A stretch of DNA of 24,000 nucleotides from Clostridiales bacterium UBA6386 (GTDB taxonomy: Bacteria; Bacillota; Clostridia; Oscillospirales; Oscillospiraceae), in NCBI GenBank assembly GCA_002437585.1, contig DJQM01000064.1, forward strand, positions 11,372-35,371. Direction: 5' to 3'. The notes beneath the pieces were generated by a model that saw only the letters and a list, made by a program, of their open reading frames with translations, was not told the DNA's origin and did no database searches. Shown here in pieces: positions 23,009-24,000 of this stretch (positions are counted from its first letter, which is position 1; every line of letters starts with the position of its first letter). A program made the translations under genes and the position numbers.

Positions 23009-23965
23009 ATGCAGCAGCCCGTTGACCCCAAAGCCACGCCGGAGGCAAGAAGCCTTCTGAATTACCTGTCCGACATCGGCGGCCACGGCATCCTCACCGG
23101 CCAGCACACCCAGACGAACCCCATGGAGGAGATCGACTATATTTTCCGCCACACCGGGAAACAGCCCGCTCTTCGGGGCTTTGAAATGCTGGCCTACAGC
23201 CCGAATATCAACGAAGATGACGCTTCTGAAGCCTGTTTGACGGAAGTCCGGGAGAATCGGGGTACCATGGAGACCGCCCGCCGTTGGGCGAAGGAGGAAA
23301 AGGGAATCGTGACCCTGTCCTTCCACTGGTTTTCGCCTATGGGCGGCCGGGACAAGAGCTTTTACGCCGAGTACACGGACTTTGACCCGGAGCGGGTACT
23401 CCTGGAGGGAAGCGATGAGCGGGCGGCTTTCTACCGGGACATGGACGTGATTGCGGAGGAGCTGCGAAAATTTCAGGACGAACAGATTCCCGTACTCTGG
23501 CGCCCCTTCCACGAGCCCTACGGCACCTGGTTCTGGTGGGGAAGGAAGGGGCCGGTGGTGGCGTCGAAGCTCTATGGCCTGATGTTTGATTATTACACCC
23601 GGGACAAGGGTCTGCACAACCTGCTGTGGGTCTGGAACTGCCCCGTCCGGGAGGCCTACCCCGGAGACGACCGGGTGGATGTGGTGTCCGTGGACGTGTA
23701 CCTGCCGAAATACGCCCAGACGGATTATGCCGAGGACTACCGGGTTTTGGTGGCGGGTACCTCGAAAAGCAAGGTGGCCGCCCTGGCGGAGGTCGGGTAT
23801 CTGCCGAACATCCGGATGCTGGCGGAAAGCCGGATCCCCTGGGCCTATTACATGACCTGGTCCAAGGAGTTTTGTATCGGCGAGCGGTACAATCGACTCG
23901 AAAATCTGAAAGCCATGTACGAAAACCCCTACGCCGTCACGGCGGAGCCTGCAGAAAAGAATTGA
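23009..23965 (+). CDS. Glycoside hydrolase family 26 (beta-mannanase-like), no signal peptide
   Basis: 318 aa counted from ATG 23009 (GGAGGA at 22998-23003). GH26 signature WRPFHEPYGTWFWWG carries the acid/base Glu; the likely nucleophile region is ALAEVGY. The N-terminus MQQPVDPKATPEAR is hydrophilic. Confidence 0.8.
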   Translation: MQQPVDPKATPEARSLLNYLSDIGGHGILTGQHTQTNPMEEIDYIFRHTGKQPALRGFEMLAYSPNINEDDASEACLTEVRENRGTMETARRWAKEEKGIVTLSFHWFSPMGGRDKSFYAEYTDFDPERVLLEGSDERAAFYRDMDVIAEELRKFQDEQIPVLWRPFHEPYGTWFWWGRKGPVVASKLYGLMFDYYTRDKGLHNLLWVWNCPVREAYPGDDRVDVVSVDVYLPKYAQTDYAEDYRVLVAGTSKSKVAALAEVGYLPNIRMLAESRIPWAYYMTWSKEFCIGERYNRLENLKAMYENPYAVTAEPAEKN

Positions 23966-23990
23966 CGCGGGGGAAAATTGGCAGTATAAT
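23962..23990 (+). promoter_or_regulatory. Candidate promoter for a gene beyond the window end
   Basis: TTGACG (23962-23967, overlapping the GH26 stop), a 17-nt spacer, then a perfect TATAAT (23985-23990). Confidence 0.5.
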
Positions 23991-24000
23991 AACATGATCT

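Noticed and set aside
22871-23995. N-terminal 375 aa of the 784-aa minus-strand ORF
   Set aside because: It overlaps the GH26 gene in antisense. The real rlmI start at 22870 has an RBS and yields a full-length RlmI-type protein.
1-24000. Scan for CRISPR arrays, tRNA/rRNA genes, transposases, integrases, toxin-antitoxin pairs and known defence-system genes
   Set aside because: I found no regularly spaced direct repeats, no tRNA-like cloverleaf signatures, and no ORFs with recombinase, nuclease or defence motifs on either strand.

Overview
GC-rich, Gram-positive (Clostridia-type) chromosomal window; the taxon is inferred from a lipobox lipoprotein, a split CpsC/CpsD BY-kinase with a PHP phosphatase and an LCP protein, and AGGAGG-type RBSs. 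I can support 21 protein genes. I found no rRNA, tRNA, CRISPR array, transposase, integrase or recognisable defence gene. Layout: (1) 1-1625, the 3' part of a CapD/WbpM-type polysaccharide dehydratase gene. (2) 1837-13736, a nucleoside uptake and salvage block. It holds udp and deoB on the minus strand, a divergent YczE-like membrane protein, and a BMP/PnrA-type lipoprotein with a double ATPase and two permeases (NupNOPQ-like ABC importer). These are followed by a translationally chained operon: gntR, a YjjI-type short glycyl-radical enzyme, a YjjW-type radical-SAM activase and an esterase. (3) 13909-21264, an exopolysaccharide/capsule block. It holds an XRE-HTH::UDP-glucose 6-dehydrogenase fusion (minus strand), a membrane-anchored SGNH hydrolase, a CpsC-like modulator, a CpsD-like tyrosine kinase, an orphan secreted protein, a CpsB PHP phosphatase and an LCP (CpsA-like) protein. 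(4) 21641-23965, an RlmI-type rRNA methyltransferase (minus strand) and a GH26 glycosidase without a signal peptide. Most noteworthy: (a) the function-unknown glycyl-radical enzyme and activase pair sits among nucleoside genes, and from memory the same GRE-deo adjacency exists in E. coli; (b) a four-copy ~45-nt hairpin repeat family shows compensatory changes in its apical stem, always lies just 3' of a gene, and has two copies forming an inverted pair; (c) the HTH-Ugd fusion has direct repeats in its own leader; (d) several intergenic regions are structured but unexplained. All calls rest on reading the sequence and ORF translations by eye; no database search was run.
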